Source of the DNA: an uncultured Arcobacter sp.
Lineage (GTDB): Bacteria; Campylobacterota; Campylobacteria; Campylobacterales; Arcobacteraceae
Assembly (NCBI GenBank): GCA_965140705.1
Contig: OZ223300.1
Location: forward strand, 1,120,001-1,184,000
Direction of reading: 5' to 3'
DNA: 64,000 nt
Shown here one piece after another: positions 29,674-39,818 of this stretch (positions are counted from its first letter, which is position 1; each line of letters opens with the position of its first letter). Below the pieces are notes generated by a model. The model was not told the DNA's origin and made no database searches. It saw nothing but the letters and a program-made list of their open reading frames with translations. Both the position numbers and the translations under genes were made by a program.

Positions 29674-31647
29674 GTGTATTATGATATTGGGAGGCTTATG
29701 GATAAGAAAAGAAAGAGTGATTACGAGTTAGATAAATTAATTGATATTGACTCTTTTAAACAGATTTTGGATAATTTTTTTAAAGCAACAGAAATATCCA
29801 ATGGACTTGTGGATAATAATGGAAAGTTAATTACTCAATCTGGTTGGAGTGATGCTTGCAATAATTTTCATAGAAAACATATTGATTCAAATAAGTTTTG
29901 CGTAGAAAGTAATATATCGTTAATAGAAAGTTTATCAAAAAACTCTATTTCAAAGAATGAATGCAAAAATGGTTTGATAGATTATGTGGCACCAGTTATT
30001 ATAGATAATGAAATTATTGCATCACTGTTTTTAGGTCAAGTTTTTAATAAAGCCCCAGATTTAAACTATTTTATTTCTCAAGCAGAAAAATATAATTATG
30101 ATAAAACTAGTTATATTGATGCCATAAAAAGAATACCAATAGTAACAGATGAAAAAATGAGTTCTTTAATGCTTTGTATTGTTCAAATAATTGATGTTTT
30201 AGTATTTGGAAGTTTGTCAAAACAAAGGGAAGATAAATTAGAACAAAATTTAAAAAGAACCAATGAACGAAGTGTTGAGTTACAAGATATTTTAGATTTT
30301 TCTCCTTTAGGAATTGGATGGACAAATAAAAATGGTGAAATTGAGTATGTAAATCACAAGTTTACAGAGCTTTTTGGATATACCATTGAAGATGTACCAA
30401 CAATAGACGTGTGGTTTAAAAAAGCTTTTCCAAATGAACAATATAGGGAAAATCTTATTTTTCCTTGGAATAATAAAGTTATAAATTCTTTTAAAGAAAA
30501 ACAACAACCACCAGAATTAGAAGCAACGGTTACATGTAAAGATGGTACTAGTCGTAGAACATTGATTAAATTATCATGGGTTGGAGAAAAAAGGTTAAGC
30601 AATTTTAGTGATATAACAAATCATTGGAAAAATGAATTAAGAAATCGTAGTCATGATAATATGTTAGAAATGGTAGCAAAGGGCGTTGATTTAGAATATA
30701 TTCTCCATGATATTATTAAAACAATTGAATTAGAAGATGATACCTCTCTTTGTAGTATTTTGCTTTTAGATGATGATGGGAAACATTTATCAATTGGAGC
30801 TTCTCCTTCTCTTCCTAGTTTTTATAATAAAGCGATTGATGGAGTTGAAATAGGAGTTGGTGTAGGTTCTTGTGGAACTGCTGCATTTCTTAAAAAACGT
30901 ATAATCGTTGAAGATATAATGGAACATGAATATTGGAAAGATTATGTAGAATTAGCAGTAAAAGCTAATATAAAATCTTGTTGGTCAGAACCAATTATAT
31001 CATCTGATGGTGAAGTTTTAGGAACATTTGCTATTTATCATAATCAACCACGTTCACCTAAAAAAGAAGATTTTTCTCGTATAAGTTTTGCGGCAAACTT
31101 AGCTTCAATTGCAATTGAGAATAGAAAAGTTAGAAAAGAGTTGGAGTTTAGAGCCTATTTTGATTTTTTAACAGGTTTACCAAATAGAAGATATTTTATA
31201 GAGCAATCAGAATTGGAAATATCTAGAAAACTTAGATATGGTGGTAGTTTATCTCTAATAATGTTTGATATTGATCATTTTAAAATATTAAATGATAAGT
31301 TTGGTCATAAAATGGGAGATTTAGTTCTTCAAAAGATTGCAGAAATTACGCGTAGTGTTTTGAGAGATATCGATATAATAGGACGTATTGGAGGAGAAGA
31401 ATTTGCAATTTTATTACCTCAAACTGATATTAGTGAAGCTAAAAATATAGCTGAACGTTTGCGTATTGAAATTTCAAAGGGAATTGTAAAAACAGATAAA
31501 GTAGAAATTACTAATTTTACTGCTTCTTTTGGAGTTGTTTTAGATACAAAAAATAAAAGTATAGATGAACTATTGGTTTCTGCAGATAATGCTTTATATC
31601 AAGCAAAAAATAGTGGACGGAATAGAGTTTGTATTTTTAGTAAATAA
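29674..31647 (+). CDS. Diguanylate cyclase with PocR, PAS and GAF sensor domains
   Basis: PocR-like N-terminus (C..FHR, CKNGLID), PAS, GAF (GSCGTAAF, SCWSEPI), DFLTGLPNRR, DIDHFK, GRIGGEEF; start may be the ATG at 29698. Confidence 0.9.
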   Translation: MYYDIGRLMDKKRKSDYELDKLIDIDSFKQILDNFFKATEISNGLVDNNGKLITQSGWSDACNNFHRKHIDSNKFCVESNISLIESLSKNSISKNECKNGLIDYVAPVIIDNEIIASLFLGQVFNKAPDLNYFISQAEKYNYDKTSYIDAIKRIPIVTDEKMSSLMLCIVQIIDVLVFGSLSKQREDKLEQNLKRTNERSVELQDILDFSPLGIGWTNKNGEIEYVNHKFTELFGYTIEDVPTIDVWFKKAFPNEQYRENLIFPWNNKVINSFKEKQQPPELEATVTCKDGTSRRTLIKLSWVGEKRLSNFSDITNHWKNELRNRSHDNMLEMVAKGVDLEYILHDIIKTIELEDDTSLCSILLLDDDGKHLSIGASPSLPSFYNKAIDGVEIGVGVGSCGTAAFLKKRIIVEDIMEHEYWKDYVELAVKANIKSCWSEPIISSDGEVLGTFAIYHNQPRSPKKEDFSRISFAANLASIAIENRKVRKELEFRAYFDFLTGLPNRRYFIEQSELEISRKLRYGGSLSLIMFDIDHFKILNDKFGHKMGDLVLQKIAEITRSVLRDIDIIGRIGGEEFAILLPQTDISEAKNIAERLRIEISKGIVKTDKVEITNFTASFGVVLDTKNKSIDELLVSADNALYQAKNSGRNRVCIFSK

Positions 31648-31722
31648 GTCTAAACTAATAGTCTATATTGACTTTATATATTATTTAGCTAAAATAATTA
31701 TATAAAAATATTAGGAAATAAT

Positions 31723-33195
31723 ATGAAAAGTTTGCATTTAATTGTATTTGTATTATTTATTCTATTGTTTACTGCTTGTGATAATAAGAAAAAAAATTCT
31801 AATGAAATATCAAAATATAAAAATCAAACTATTGTAATTATTGCACCTAATTTTGATAAGGCAATTACTGGTCCTATAAGAAAAGAGATTAAAGAATTTG
31901 AAGATAGAACTGGTGCAAAAGTGAGAGTTGTATCTCCTAGTTGGGATGATATGATTCAAAAAATAAAAGAGTCTTTTAGTGATAAAAAAATAAATTATGA
32001 TGTATTTGTTATTTTTTCATCATGGGGTGGTTCTTTACTAGCAAATGGACATGCTGCAGAAATTCCTGAGTGGGTTAAAAAAGAGATTGAGTGGGATGAT
32101 ATTTTGCCCATATATAAAAATAAAGTACTCTCTTGGAATAAAAAATACTATTTTCTTCCTTATGATGGAGATTGTATTAATTTATATTATAGAAAAGATA
32201 TTTTTGAAAATGAAGAGTATAAAAAAAGATTCAAAAATGAGTATGGGTATGATTTAGATATTCCAAAAACTTGGGCAGAGTATAAAGATATAGCCAAATT
32301 TTTTAATGGCTGGGATTGGGATAATGATGGAAAAATTGAATATGGTTTTGCTGAAAGTAGAAAAAAAGGTTATGGAACAATGTTTGAATTTTTTGCAAGA
32401 GCTGCTGCTTATGCAAAATATCCAGATAAAAAGGAGTTTTATTTTGATTCAAATATGAATCCCAAGATAAATAATCCAGCTTTTCTAAAAGCATTAACAG
32501 AATATATAACTATTATGAAATATGCTCCTCCTCAAATAGATAATTTTGAACCAGCAGAGGTAAGACAAAGTTTTATTGGAGGAGATGTTGTTATGATTTT
32601 GGATTGGGCAGATGCAGGTGCTATGGCTCAAAACTCAAAGGAAAGTATTGTCAAAAATAAAGTTGGATATGCAAAACTTCCAGGTTCAAATAGTGTTTAT
32701 AACAGTTATACAAAAAATTGGGATGTAAGGTATAATGATCCCTCTTCTATAAGTGGAAATTGGGTAATAGTTGTAAATAAAGATGCAGTTAATAAAGAAT
32801 TGGCATTTAAATTTGCTGCATATATGACATCCCAAAAAATGACATCAAAATATGTACCTATAGGTTCAAGTGGTATAAATCCTTCTAGATATTCACATCT
32901 TCAAACAACTAATTTAGAACTTTGGGAAAGAAATGACTTCTCAAAAGAATCTGCAAAAGAGTATTTAAGTGTTATTTCTGAATCTTTAACTAATAAAAAC
33001 TCGATTAGTGATATTCGAATTCCTGGTGCAGATTTATATTATGAAGCCTTTGATAAATATTTAAATAAAGCAATTAAAAAAGAGATATCCCCAAAAGAAG
33101 CACTTGATTTGACAGCTAAAAAGTGGAATGAAATTACTCAAAAACTTGGACTTGATAAACAAATAAAACTTTATAAGGAATCTTTAAATGAGTGA
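31723..33195 (+). CDS. Extracellular solute-binding lipoprotein (sugar-binding family 1-like)
   Basis: Lipobox FTAC, PYDGD, LYYRKD, PKTW. Confidence 0.85.
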   Translation: MKSLHLIVFVLFILLFTACDNKKKNSNEISKYKNQTIVIIAPNFDKAITGPIRKEIKEFEDRTGAKVRVVSPSWDDMIQKIKESFSDKKINYDVFVIFSSWGGSLLANGHAAEIPEWVKKEIEWDDILPIYKNKVLSWNKKYYFLPYDGDCINLYYRKDIFENEEYKKRFKNEYGYDLDIPKTWAEYKDIAKFFNGWDWDNDGKIEYGFAESRKKGYGTMFEFFARAAAYAKYPDKKEFYFDSNMNPKINNPAFLKALTEYITIMKYAPPQIDNFEPAEVRQSFIGGDVVMILDWADAGAMAQNSKESIVKNKVGYAKLPGSNSVYNSYTKNWDVRYNDPSSISGNWVIVVNKDAVNKELAFKFAAYMTSQKMTSKYVPIGSSGINPSRYSHLQTTNLELWERNDFSKESAKEYLSVISESLTNKNSISDIRIPGADLYYEAFDKYLNKAIKKEISPKEALDLTAKKWNEITQKLGLDKQIKLYKESLNE

Positions 33196-35080
33196 ATTAA
33201 AGATAAAAGACATTAGTTTTTATAGTTTTATAGTACTTATTGCTGGATTACTTTTAACTAGTACAGTACTGTTTATTTCATTAAATAAAATAAAATTATT
33301 AAATGACCAATTATCAGTAATTTCAAAGGCAAAAAATAGTTTTTTAGAAGTTAAGATAAATAGTGAAAATCTTTTGATAACAAAAGATTTATCTGAATCT
33401 ATAAAATTATGGTCTATTTCTATTGAAAACTTTGATAAAGATTTCAAAAACTTATCTCCTGTACAAAAGAAAAGATTTGATAATTTGTGGTATGTAAGTA
33501 AAAAAGAGATAAAAGAGATAAAAAATATATTAAATTACAAAATCTTAGAACCTCAAAATTTGCATCAAAAATCTCTTCTTATGTTAAAAGGTGAAATGTT
33601 TGCCTTAAAAGATAGAAGTGAAATGTTTTTAGTCATAGACTCTTTAACAAAAAAAATGGAATTTTTATTTCAGTATGAGAGATTTATCTTAGAAGAGTTT
33701 AAACAAATTGACCATAAAGATAAGACTTATATATCTAAGCAAATAACTTTTACCACATATTATTCAATATTGTTTATAGTTTTTATTCTGTTTTTGACTA
33801 TTACTGTTATTTATTTTATGAATAAAAAAGTTCTAAAAATAGAACATAAACTAGTTATGGCACAAAAAAGTTTAAGTGAGAGTATTTTGGAGTTAAAAAA
33901 TTCTAGAATATTATTACAAAATATAATTGATTCTGTTCCTGCGGCTGTATTTTGGAAAGATAAAAATAATGTATATCTAGGTGCAAATAAATGTTTTTTA
34001 AGTGATGCGGGATGTGAAAAAGAAGAAGATATTTTAGGAAAAACAGATCGTGATATGCCTTGGGCAAAATCAGAAGCTTCAAAATACATAGCTGATGATG
34101 AAAGTGTAATGAATAGTGGAATTGCTAAGTTACAAATTGAAGAGACTCAAACTAATGCCCAAGGTAAAGTAATAAAAGTTTTAACATCAAAAGTTCCTTT
34201 AAAAAATACAAAAGATGAGATAATTGGAATACTTGGTATCTATATTGATATAACTGAAAAAGAAAAAATAGCAGAAGAGTTATTCCAAAAGGATAAACTA
34301 CTAGCACAGCAATCTAAAATGGCCTCAATGGGTGAAATGCTAGAGAATATAGCCCATCAATGGAGACAGCCTTTATCTTTTATTCTTACTAGTGCTACAG
34401 GAGTTAGATTAAAAAGTGATTATGAGTGTTTGGAAACTGAATTTTTACAAGAGTCTCTACTTGGTATTGAAAAAAGTGTAAAACATTTAAATAAAACTAT
34501 TGATGATTTTAGGAACTATTTTAAACCTGATAAAGAAGCAAAATATTTTGATATAAAATCAGTAGTAGATAATGCATTTTTATTGGTAGAATCAAAATTA
34601 AAAAACAAGTTGATACATGTTGTAAAAGAGATAGGTGAAGTAAAAGCATTTGGTTTTGAAAATGAGTTTATACAAGTTTTATTAAATATAATAAATAATG
34701 CAATAGATGAATTAGAAAATCTTGATTCAGACGAAAAATTAATATTTGTAAAAGCAGAAGAGATAGAAATTTGTGGGGAAGAGGTTTCAATAGAAGTTTC
34801 AAAATGCAGATGTATAGAGTTAAAAATATGTGATAGTGCAGGTGGGATTTCTAAATATATTATAGATAAAGTATTTGATGCATATTTTACTACAAAAGAT
34901 GAAGATAAAGGTACAGGAATTGGTTTATATATGTCAAGTGAAATGATAAAAAAACATATGAAAGGTTCTATTAGTGTTGCTAATAAAGTCTTCACATATA
35001 ATGAAAAAGAGCATAAGGGTGCAGAATTCACTATTTTAATTCCTGCCGAAGATTATATTTTAAATAATGAGAATGAGTAA
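33188..35080 (+). CDS. PAS-domain sensor histidine kinase
   Basis: Two TM segments, periplasmic domain, PAS (VFWKD...GAN), IAHQWRQPL, GTGIGLY. Confidence 0.92.
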   Translation: MSELKIKDISFYSFIVLIAGLLLTSTVLFISLNKIKLLNDQLSVISKAKNSFLEVKINSENLLITKDLSESIKLWSISIENFDKDFKNLSPVQKKRFDNLWYVSKKEIKEIKNILNYKILEPQNLHQKSLLMLKGEMFALKDRSEMFLVIDSLTKKMEFLFQYERFILEEFKQIDHKDKTYISKQITFTTYYSILFIVFILFLTITVIYFMNKKVLKIEHKLVMAQKSLSESILELKNSRILLQNIIDSVPAAVFWKDKNNVYLGANKCFLSDAGCEKEEDILGKTDRDMPWAKSEASKYIADDESVMNSGIAKLQIEETQTNAQGKVIKVLTSKVPLKNTKDEIIGILGIYIDITEKEKIAEELFQKDKLLAQQSKMASMGEMLENIAHQWRQPLSFILTSATGVRLKSDYECLETEFLQESLLGIEKSVKHLNKTIDDFRNYFKPDKEAKYFDIKSVVDNAFLLVESKLKNKLIHVVKEIGEVKAFGFENEFIQVLLNIINNAIDELENLDSDEKLIFVKAEEIEICGEEVSIEVSKCRCIELKICDSAGGISKYIIDKVFDAYFTTKDEDKGTGIGLYMSSEMIKKHMKGSISVANKVFTYNEKEHKGAEFTILIPAEDYILNNENE

Positions 35081-35089
35081 AGATAATAT

Positions 35090-35839
35090 ATGACAGAAAA
35101 GTTTGATTTCACAATGATAGTTTTAAAAAATGATAAGTACGATGGTTCAATAATTGACACTACAACAATACCAAAAAATATAGAAGAGTTTGAAAAAGAC
35201 TTACTTTTGATTCTTGAAAACTTAGAAAACAAAAAATTATTATGGATAAAACTAATGATTGAAGAATCAAGTTTAATTTCCATCCTTACAAAGCATGGGT
35301 TTGTTTTTCACCACTGTAATGAGAGAGATATTACTTTAGTGAAAAAGCTCATTCAAAAACCTGTGATTCCAACTGCCACAAATCATACTTTAGGAGTAGG
35401 GGCAGTTGTAATTGATAACAACAAATTGTTAGTTATCAAAGATAAAATTTATCAAGGATATAAACTTCCTGGTGGTCATATTGATGATAGTGAGAATATT
35501 ACTAGTGCTTTGATTAGAGAAGTATATGAAGAGACAGGTATAAATATTAAATTTGATTCCATAATAAGTCTAAGACATATCTCTCCTGGTCAGTTTAATG
35601 AATCAAATCTTTATCTTGTATGTCGTGCTACTGCTTTATCAAAAGAGATAAATATAATAGACACAGATGAAATACTAGAAGCTAAATGGATAGATGTGGA
35701 TACTTATTTAAACCTTGATGATGTTCATCCTTTTAATAAAAAGATAGTAAAAACTGCTTTGGAAAATGAAGGGTTTAAAATAATTGATAGTGAAAATTTG
35801 ATTCATAGAAAAGATTTAAACTATGAAATATTTTTTTAA
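35090..35839 (+). CDS. Nudix hydrolase (NUDT6-like)
   Basis: Nudix box GGHIDDSENITSALIREVYEETG; N-terminal GFVFHH domain. Confidence 0.88.
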   Translation: MTEKFDFTMIVLKNDKYDGSIIDTTTIPKNIEEFEKDLLLILENLENKKLLWIKLMIEESSLISILTKHGFVFHHCNERDITLVKKLIQKPVIPTATNHTLGVGAVVIDNNKLLVIKDKIYQGYKLPGGHIDDSENITSALIREVYEETGINIKFDSIISLRHISPGQFNESNLYLVCRATALSKEINIIDTDEILEAKWIDVDTYLNLDDVHPFNKKIVKTALENEGFKIIDSENLIHRKDLNYEIFF

Positions 35840-35870
35840 TATATAAGTAAGGAGATTCCTTACTTATATA
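35840..35870. terminator. Bidirectional terminator hairpin
   Basis: TATATAAGTAAGGA-gat-TCCTTACTTATATA between convergent genes. Confidence 0.75.
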
Positions 35871-35872
35871 AT

Positions 35873-37321
35873 TTATTGTTTGTTCATATCATATTGTAAA
35901 TATACAACTTTTGTTTGTAAGAACTCTTCTAAACCATGTTTACCATCAGCTCCACCAATACCAGATTTTCTCCATCCGGCATGGAATCCTTGCATTGCTT
36001 CGAAGTTTTCTCTATTGATATATGTTTCACCAAATTTTATCTCTTTGCAAGCTCTCATTGCCACATCTATATTTTGAGTATAAATAGATGAGGTCAAGCC
36101 AAACTCACTATCATTTGCTAAAGCAATAGCTTCATCAAGTGTTTCAAAAGTCATAATAGGAAGTACTGGTCCAAATATCTCTTCTTGGATGATAGCCATA
36201 TCTTGTTTTATATCCACTAGAACGGTTGGTTCGTAATAAAAACCATCATCTCTTTCTGATCTTTTTCCACCAGTTGTAATAGTTGCTCCTTCTTCTACCG
36301 CACTATCAATTAGGCTTTGAACATGATTAATTGCATCTTCATTAATAAGTGGTCCCATATCAACTTCTTCTTTTAGTGGATTACCATAAGTTGTAGCTTC
36401 CATAGCTTTTGTCATTTTTTCAGTAAATTCACTTGCTATACTTTTGTGTACATAAACTCTTTCTGCACAATTACAAACTTGCCCATTATTTATAACTCTT
36501 GAGTTTTTAATTGCTTCAACTGCTAAGTCTAAATTTGCGTCTGCCATTACAATAGCTGGAGCTTTTCCACCAAGTTCTAGTGATACTTTTGTCACATTTT
36601 TAGCAGCTGCTTCCATGATTTTAACTCCAGTTGGTACACTCCCTGTGAAACTTACAATTCCAACCTTATCATGACCTGCAAGTGGAGCTCCCACTTCAGC
36701 TCCTGTTCCACTTATTAGATTAAATACTCCTTTAGGAAGTCCAACTTCATCTACTAATTTTGCAAATTCAAAGGCATTGTTTGGTGTATCGCTACTAGGT
36801 TTTATAACTATAGTATTTCCTGTTAAAAGTGCTGGGGCTAATTTTCTAGCAATTAAGAAAAATGGAAAGTTCCATGGTAAAATACCAGCTGCCACTCCTA
36901 TTGGTAGTTTAAATAAAAAGATATTTTCATTTGGTCTATCACTTTGGATAATCTCTCCTTCATATCTTCTAGCCCATTCTGCCATATAGTCCATATAATC
37001 AGCTGTAAAATTAACTTCAACAAGAGCTAGACCTAAAACTTTTCCCTGCTCTTCTGTTATAACTCTTGCCAACATATCAGCATTTTCTCTAATCTTTTGT
37101 GCAATCTTTTTAAGATAACTAGCTCGCTCAACTGCTGGTAGTTTTTCCCATGAACTTTGAGCTTCTTGGGCTGATTCAACAGCTTGATTAACATCGTCTT
37201 CTGTTCCCCTTGGGATATAAGAGATAATTTGTTTATCTGATGGATTAATAACTGGTTCTTTTTCAACATGATTGATAAACTCACCATTTATGTACATTTG
37301 GTAGACTTTTGCTTCTGACAT
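35873..37321 (-). CDS. aldA: Aldehyde dehydrogenase A (lactaldehyde/glycolaldehyde dehydrogenase-like)
   Basis: EWARRYEGEIIQSDRP, PWNFP, LELGGKAP, GQVCNCAER, ENFEAMQGFHAGWRKSG; start at MSEAK after AAGGAG. Confidence 0.88.
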   Translation of the reverse strand: MSEAKVYQMYINGEFINHVEKEPVINPSDKQIISYIPRGTEDDVNQAVESAQEAQSSWEKLPAVERASYLKKIAQKIRENADMLARVITEEQGKVLGLALVEVNFTADYMDYMAEWARRYEGEIIQSDRPNENIFLFKLPIGVAAGILPWNFPFFLIARKLAPALLTGNTIVIKPSSDTPNNAFEFAKLVDEVGLPKGVFNLISGTGAEVGAPLAGHDKVGIVSFTGSVPTGVKIMEAAAKNVTKVSLELGGKAPAIVMADANLDLAVEAIKNSRVINNGQVCNCAERVYVHKSIASEFTEKMTKAMEATTYGNPLKEEVDMGPLINEDAINHVQSLIDSAVEEGATITTGGKRSERDDGFYYEPTVLVDIKQDMAIIQEEIFGPVLPIMTFETLDEAIALANDSEFGLTSSIYTQNIDVAMRACKEIKFGETYINRENFEAMQGFHAGWRKSGIGGADGKHGLEEFLQTKVVYLQYDMNKQ

Positions 37322-37513
37322 AATATTCTCCTTTAGATTGTTATAATTGCGTAATGAATATGTTACTCTCTCATAGTTAATAGATAATAAATATGGATTA
37401 ATTAACATTTATAATTCAGATTATAAGTTTTATTTTAAAGAATATATTAATAAAATGTGAAGATTAAAGAAAATGAAGTTAAAATTATATAATAAATATA
37501 TAAAAGAGAATAA

Positions 37514-38464
37514 ATGAAATATAAAATATTTGTAGATGGACAATTTGGAACAACAGGATTAAAAATCCATGAAATGCTAAAGGATAGAGAAGAACTTGAA
37601 ATTTTGACAATTTCAGAAGATGATAAAAAAGATATTGATGTTAAAACTAAGTTATTAAATGAAGCTGACTTAGTATTTTTATGTTTACCTGATGTTGCTT
37701 CAAAAGAGTCTGTAAAACTTATAACAAATGAAAAGACAAAAGTAATAGATGCAAGTACAGCACATAGAACAAATGAAGATTGGACTTATGGAATTGCTGA
37801 ATTAACTCCTACACAAAGAGAAAAAATAAAAAATTCCAATAGAGTTTGTGTGCCAGGTTGCCATGCAAGTGGTTTTATTATGGCTATGAAACCATTAATT
37901 GAAAATGAAATAGTTTCACCAAAGAATAGAATTGTATGCCACTCAATCACAGGATATAGTGGTGGAGGAAGAGGTTTAATTGATGTATATGAAGATCCTA
38001 AAAATGAAGGAAAATTTTTAAGTCAAAGACCTTATGCTTTGGGATTATCTCATAAACATTTACCTGAGATGAAATATGTTTTAGGATTAAAACATGCTCC
38101 TTTTTTCACTCCAAGTGTTGGTAATTTTGATCAAGGTATGCTTGTAATGTCTTATTTAATAAAAAGTGAACTTTTAAATAAAAAAATTACTAAAAATGAA
38201 ATAGTAGACTTATATAAAGAGTACTACAAAGGTGAGCAGTTTGTAAAAATTATTGAAGATGATTTTGAGTATCTTGATGATGGATTTTTAGATGCAATGA
38301 AGTGCAACAATACAAATAGAATCGAAATCTCAGTTTATGAAAGTGAAGATTATATACTTGTAATCTCTAGACTTGATAATCTAGGAAAAGGTGCTTCAGG
38401 AGCTGCTGTTCAAAATATGAATATCATGTTAGGACTTGATGAAAAGCTGGGCTTAAAGCTATAA
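37514..38464 (+). CDS. argC: N-acetyl-gamma-glutamyl-phosphate reductase (short type 2)
   Basis: DGQFGTTG, DASTAHR, PGC, GYSGGG, DNLGKGASGAAVQNMN. Confidence 0.93.
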   Translation: MKYKIFVDGQFGTTGLKIHEMLKDREELEILTISEDDKKDIDVKTKLLNEADLVFLCLPDVASKESVKLITNEKTKVIDASTAHRTNEDWTYGIAELTPTQREKIKNSNRVCVPGCHASGFIMAMKPLIENEIVSPKNRIVCHSITGYSGGGRGLIDVYEDPKNEGKFLSQRPYALGLSHKHLPEMKYVLGLKHAPFFTPSVGNFDQGMLVMSYLIKSELLNKKITKNEIVDLYKEYYKGEQFVKIIEDDFEYLDDGFLDAMKCNNTNRIEISVYESEDYILVISRLDNLGKGASGAAVQNMNIMLGLDEKLGLKL

Positions 38465-39073
38465 ATGTCAAATCAAAAGGAAGAGCTTGATTGTTTTAAA
38501 CAGTTAAGAGAAGTTTGTAAAATATATCAAGACTTTTCCAATGACTCTTTTGAAGAATTAAAAAATATAAGTTTTTTAAAAGAGGTAAAAAAAGGTGACG
38601 TTTTACAAGATGTTTATTCACCTGCTAAATATATCTACTTTATCTGTAAAGGTATTTTACGCACCTTCTTTTTAAATTCCGATGGTGCTATTTATACTAA
38701 AAATCTATTTTCCGAAAACTATTTTTCTGCTTCAAAGGTTTCACTTCTTACAGAGGAAGATTCATATCTTTGTATTGATGCTTTGGAGGACTCTATTTTA
38801 ATATGTATTGATTTTAAAGAGTACAAAAAGCTAATAGAAAAAAACGATGAGTTTAAAAACTTTTATATAAATTATCTAGAAAGAAATTGGGTAATAGTAA
38901 AAGAGAAAAATGAGATATCTTTAATACTTGATGATGCAAGTATAAGATATGAAAATTTTATAAAAAATAATCCAAATATAGAAAATAGAATTCCACTTCA
39001 CCATATAGCAAACCATCTTGGCATAACTCCTACACAGTTAAGTAGAATTAGAAAAAAGAGTAAAAAAGATTAA
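38465..39073 (+). CDS. Crp/Fnr family regulator
   Basis: cNMP-binding domain plus IANHLGITPTQLSRIR HTH. Confidence 0.88.
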   Translation: MSNQKEELDCFKQLREVCKIYQDFSNDSFEELKNISFLKEVKKGDVLQDVYSPAKYIYFICKGILRTFFLNSDGAIYTKNLFSENYFSASKVSLLTEEDSYLCIDALEDSILICIDFKEYKKLIEKNDEFKNFYINYLERNWVIVKEKNEISLILDDASIRYENFIKNNPNIENRIPLHHIANHLGITPTQLSRIRKKSKKD

Positions 39074-39780
39074 TCAATCACTCTTATAAATATATGTACA
39101 TTTCTATTTTTATTAAATGGTATTTCATTTAATTCAAGATAATCCAATGATTTCATTAGTTTTCCATATTTATCAAAACCATAGGTTCTTGGGTCAAAAG
39201 AGGGGTAGTTTTTATTTATATGTTTTACTACTGCTGATAAATTTGCCCAGTCATCATCATCTGATACAGCCATTACAGCTTTTGTGATTATATCTTTTAA
39301 TTTATTTTGTTCATTATTTGTTTGTGGTACTTCTTTTACTTCTCTTAAATTTTCTGTATAAACAAACTTATCACATGCTGAGATAAATGCTTCTGGTGTT
39401 TTTTGCTCACCAAAGCCATATACTTTTAGACCTGATTCTCTAATTCTTGTAGCCAATCTTGTGAAGTCACTATCAGATGAGATTATACAAAAACCATCAA
39501 GTCGATTTTCATGTAATATATCCATAGCATCAATTATTAGCGATGAGTCCGTTGCATTTTTCCCATTTGTATAACTAAATTGTTGAATAGGTTGTATTGC
39601 ATGTGTATGCAAATGTTCTTTCCAACCTTTTAGTTGAGAAGTTGTCCAGTCCCCATAAGCTCTTTTTATATTTGTAATCCCAAATTTTGCTATCTCTTCT
39701 AATAATTCAGAGATAACAGATGCTTGTGCATTATCTGCATCAATCAAGACTGCTAATTTGTCTGTACTCATTTCATCCAT
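39070..39780 (-). CDS. NYN (LabA/DUF88) domain protein with OST-HTH/LOTUS domain
   Basis: LIDADN, RAYGDW, GKNATD, SSDSDF, ACDKF, FDPRTYG. Confidence 0.9.
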   Translation of the reverse strand: MDEMSTDKLAVLIDADNAQASVISELLEEIAKFGITNIKRAYGDWTTSQLKGWKEHLHTHAIQPIQQFSYTNGKNATDSSLIIDAMDILHENRLDGFCIISSDSDFTRLATRIRESGLKVYGFGEQKTPEAFISACDKFVYTENLREVKEVPQTNNEQNKLKDIITKAVMAVSDDDDWANLSAVVKHINKNYPSFDPRTYGFDKYGKLMKSLDYLELNEIPFNKNRNVHIFIRVID

Positions 39781-39818
39781 TTTATTAAATCCTTTATATT
39801 AAATATTATACCTAATTA

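Noticed and set aside
34516..35031. 171-aa minus-strand ORF, and similar antisense or nested ORFs (e.g. 60619..61023, 45403..45756, 7269..7565, 28589..29108, 54084..54377)
   Set aside because: Fully overlap well-supported genes; S/F/I/L-rich shadow translations without motifs.
37322..37408. N-terminal extensions given by the ORF track (aldA; also 13245-13268, 15193-15225, 16219-16236, 55131-55181, 61038-61058)
   Set aside because: Downstream ATGs have better RBSs or match the expected family N-termini.
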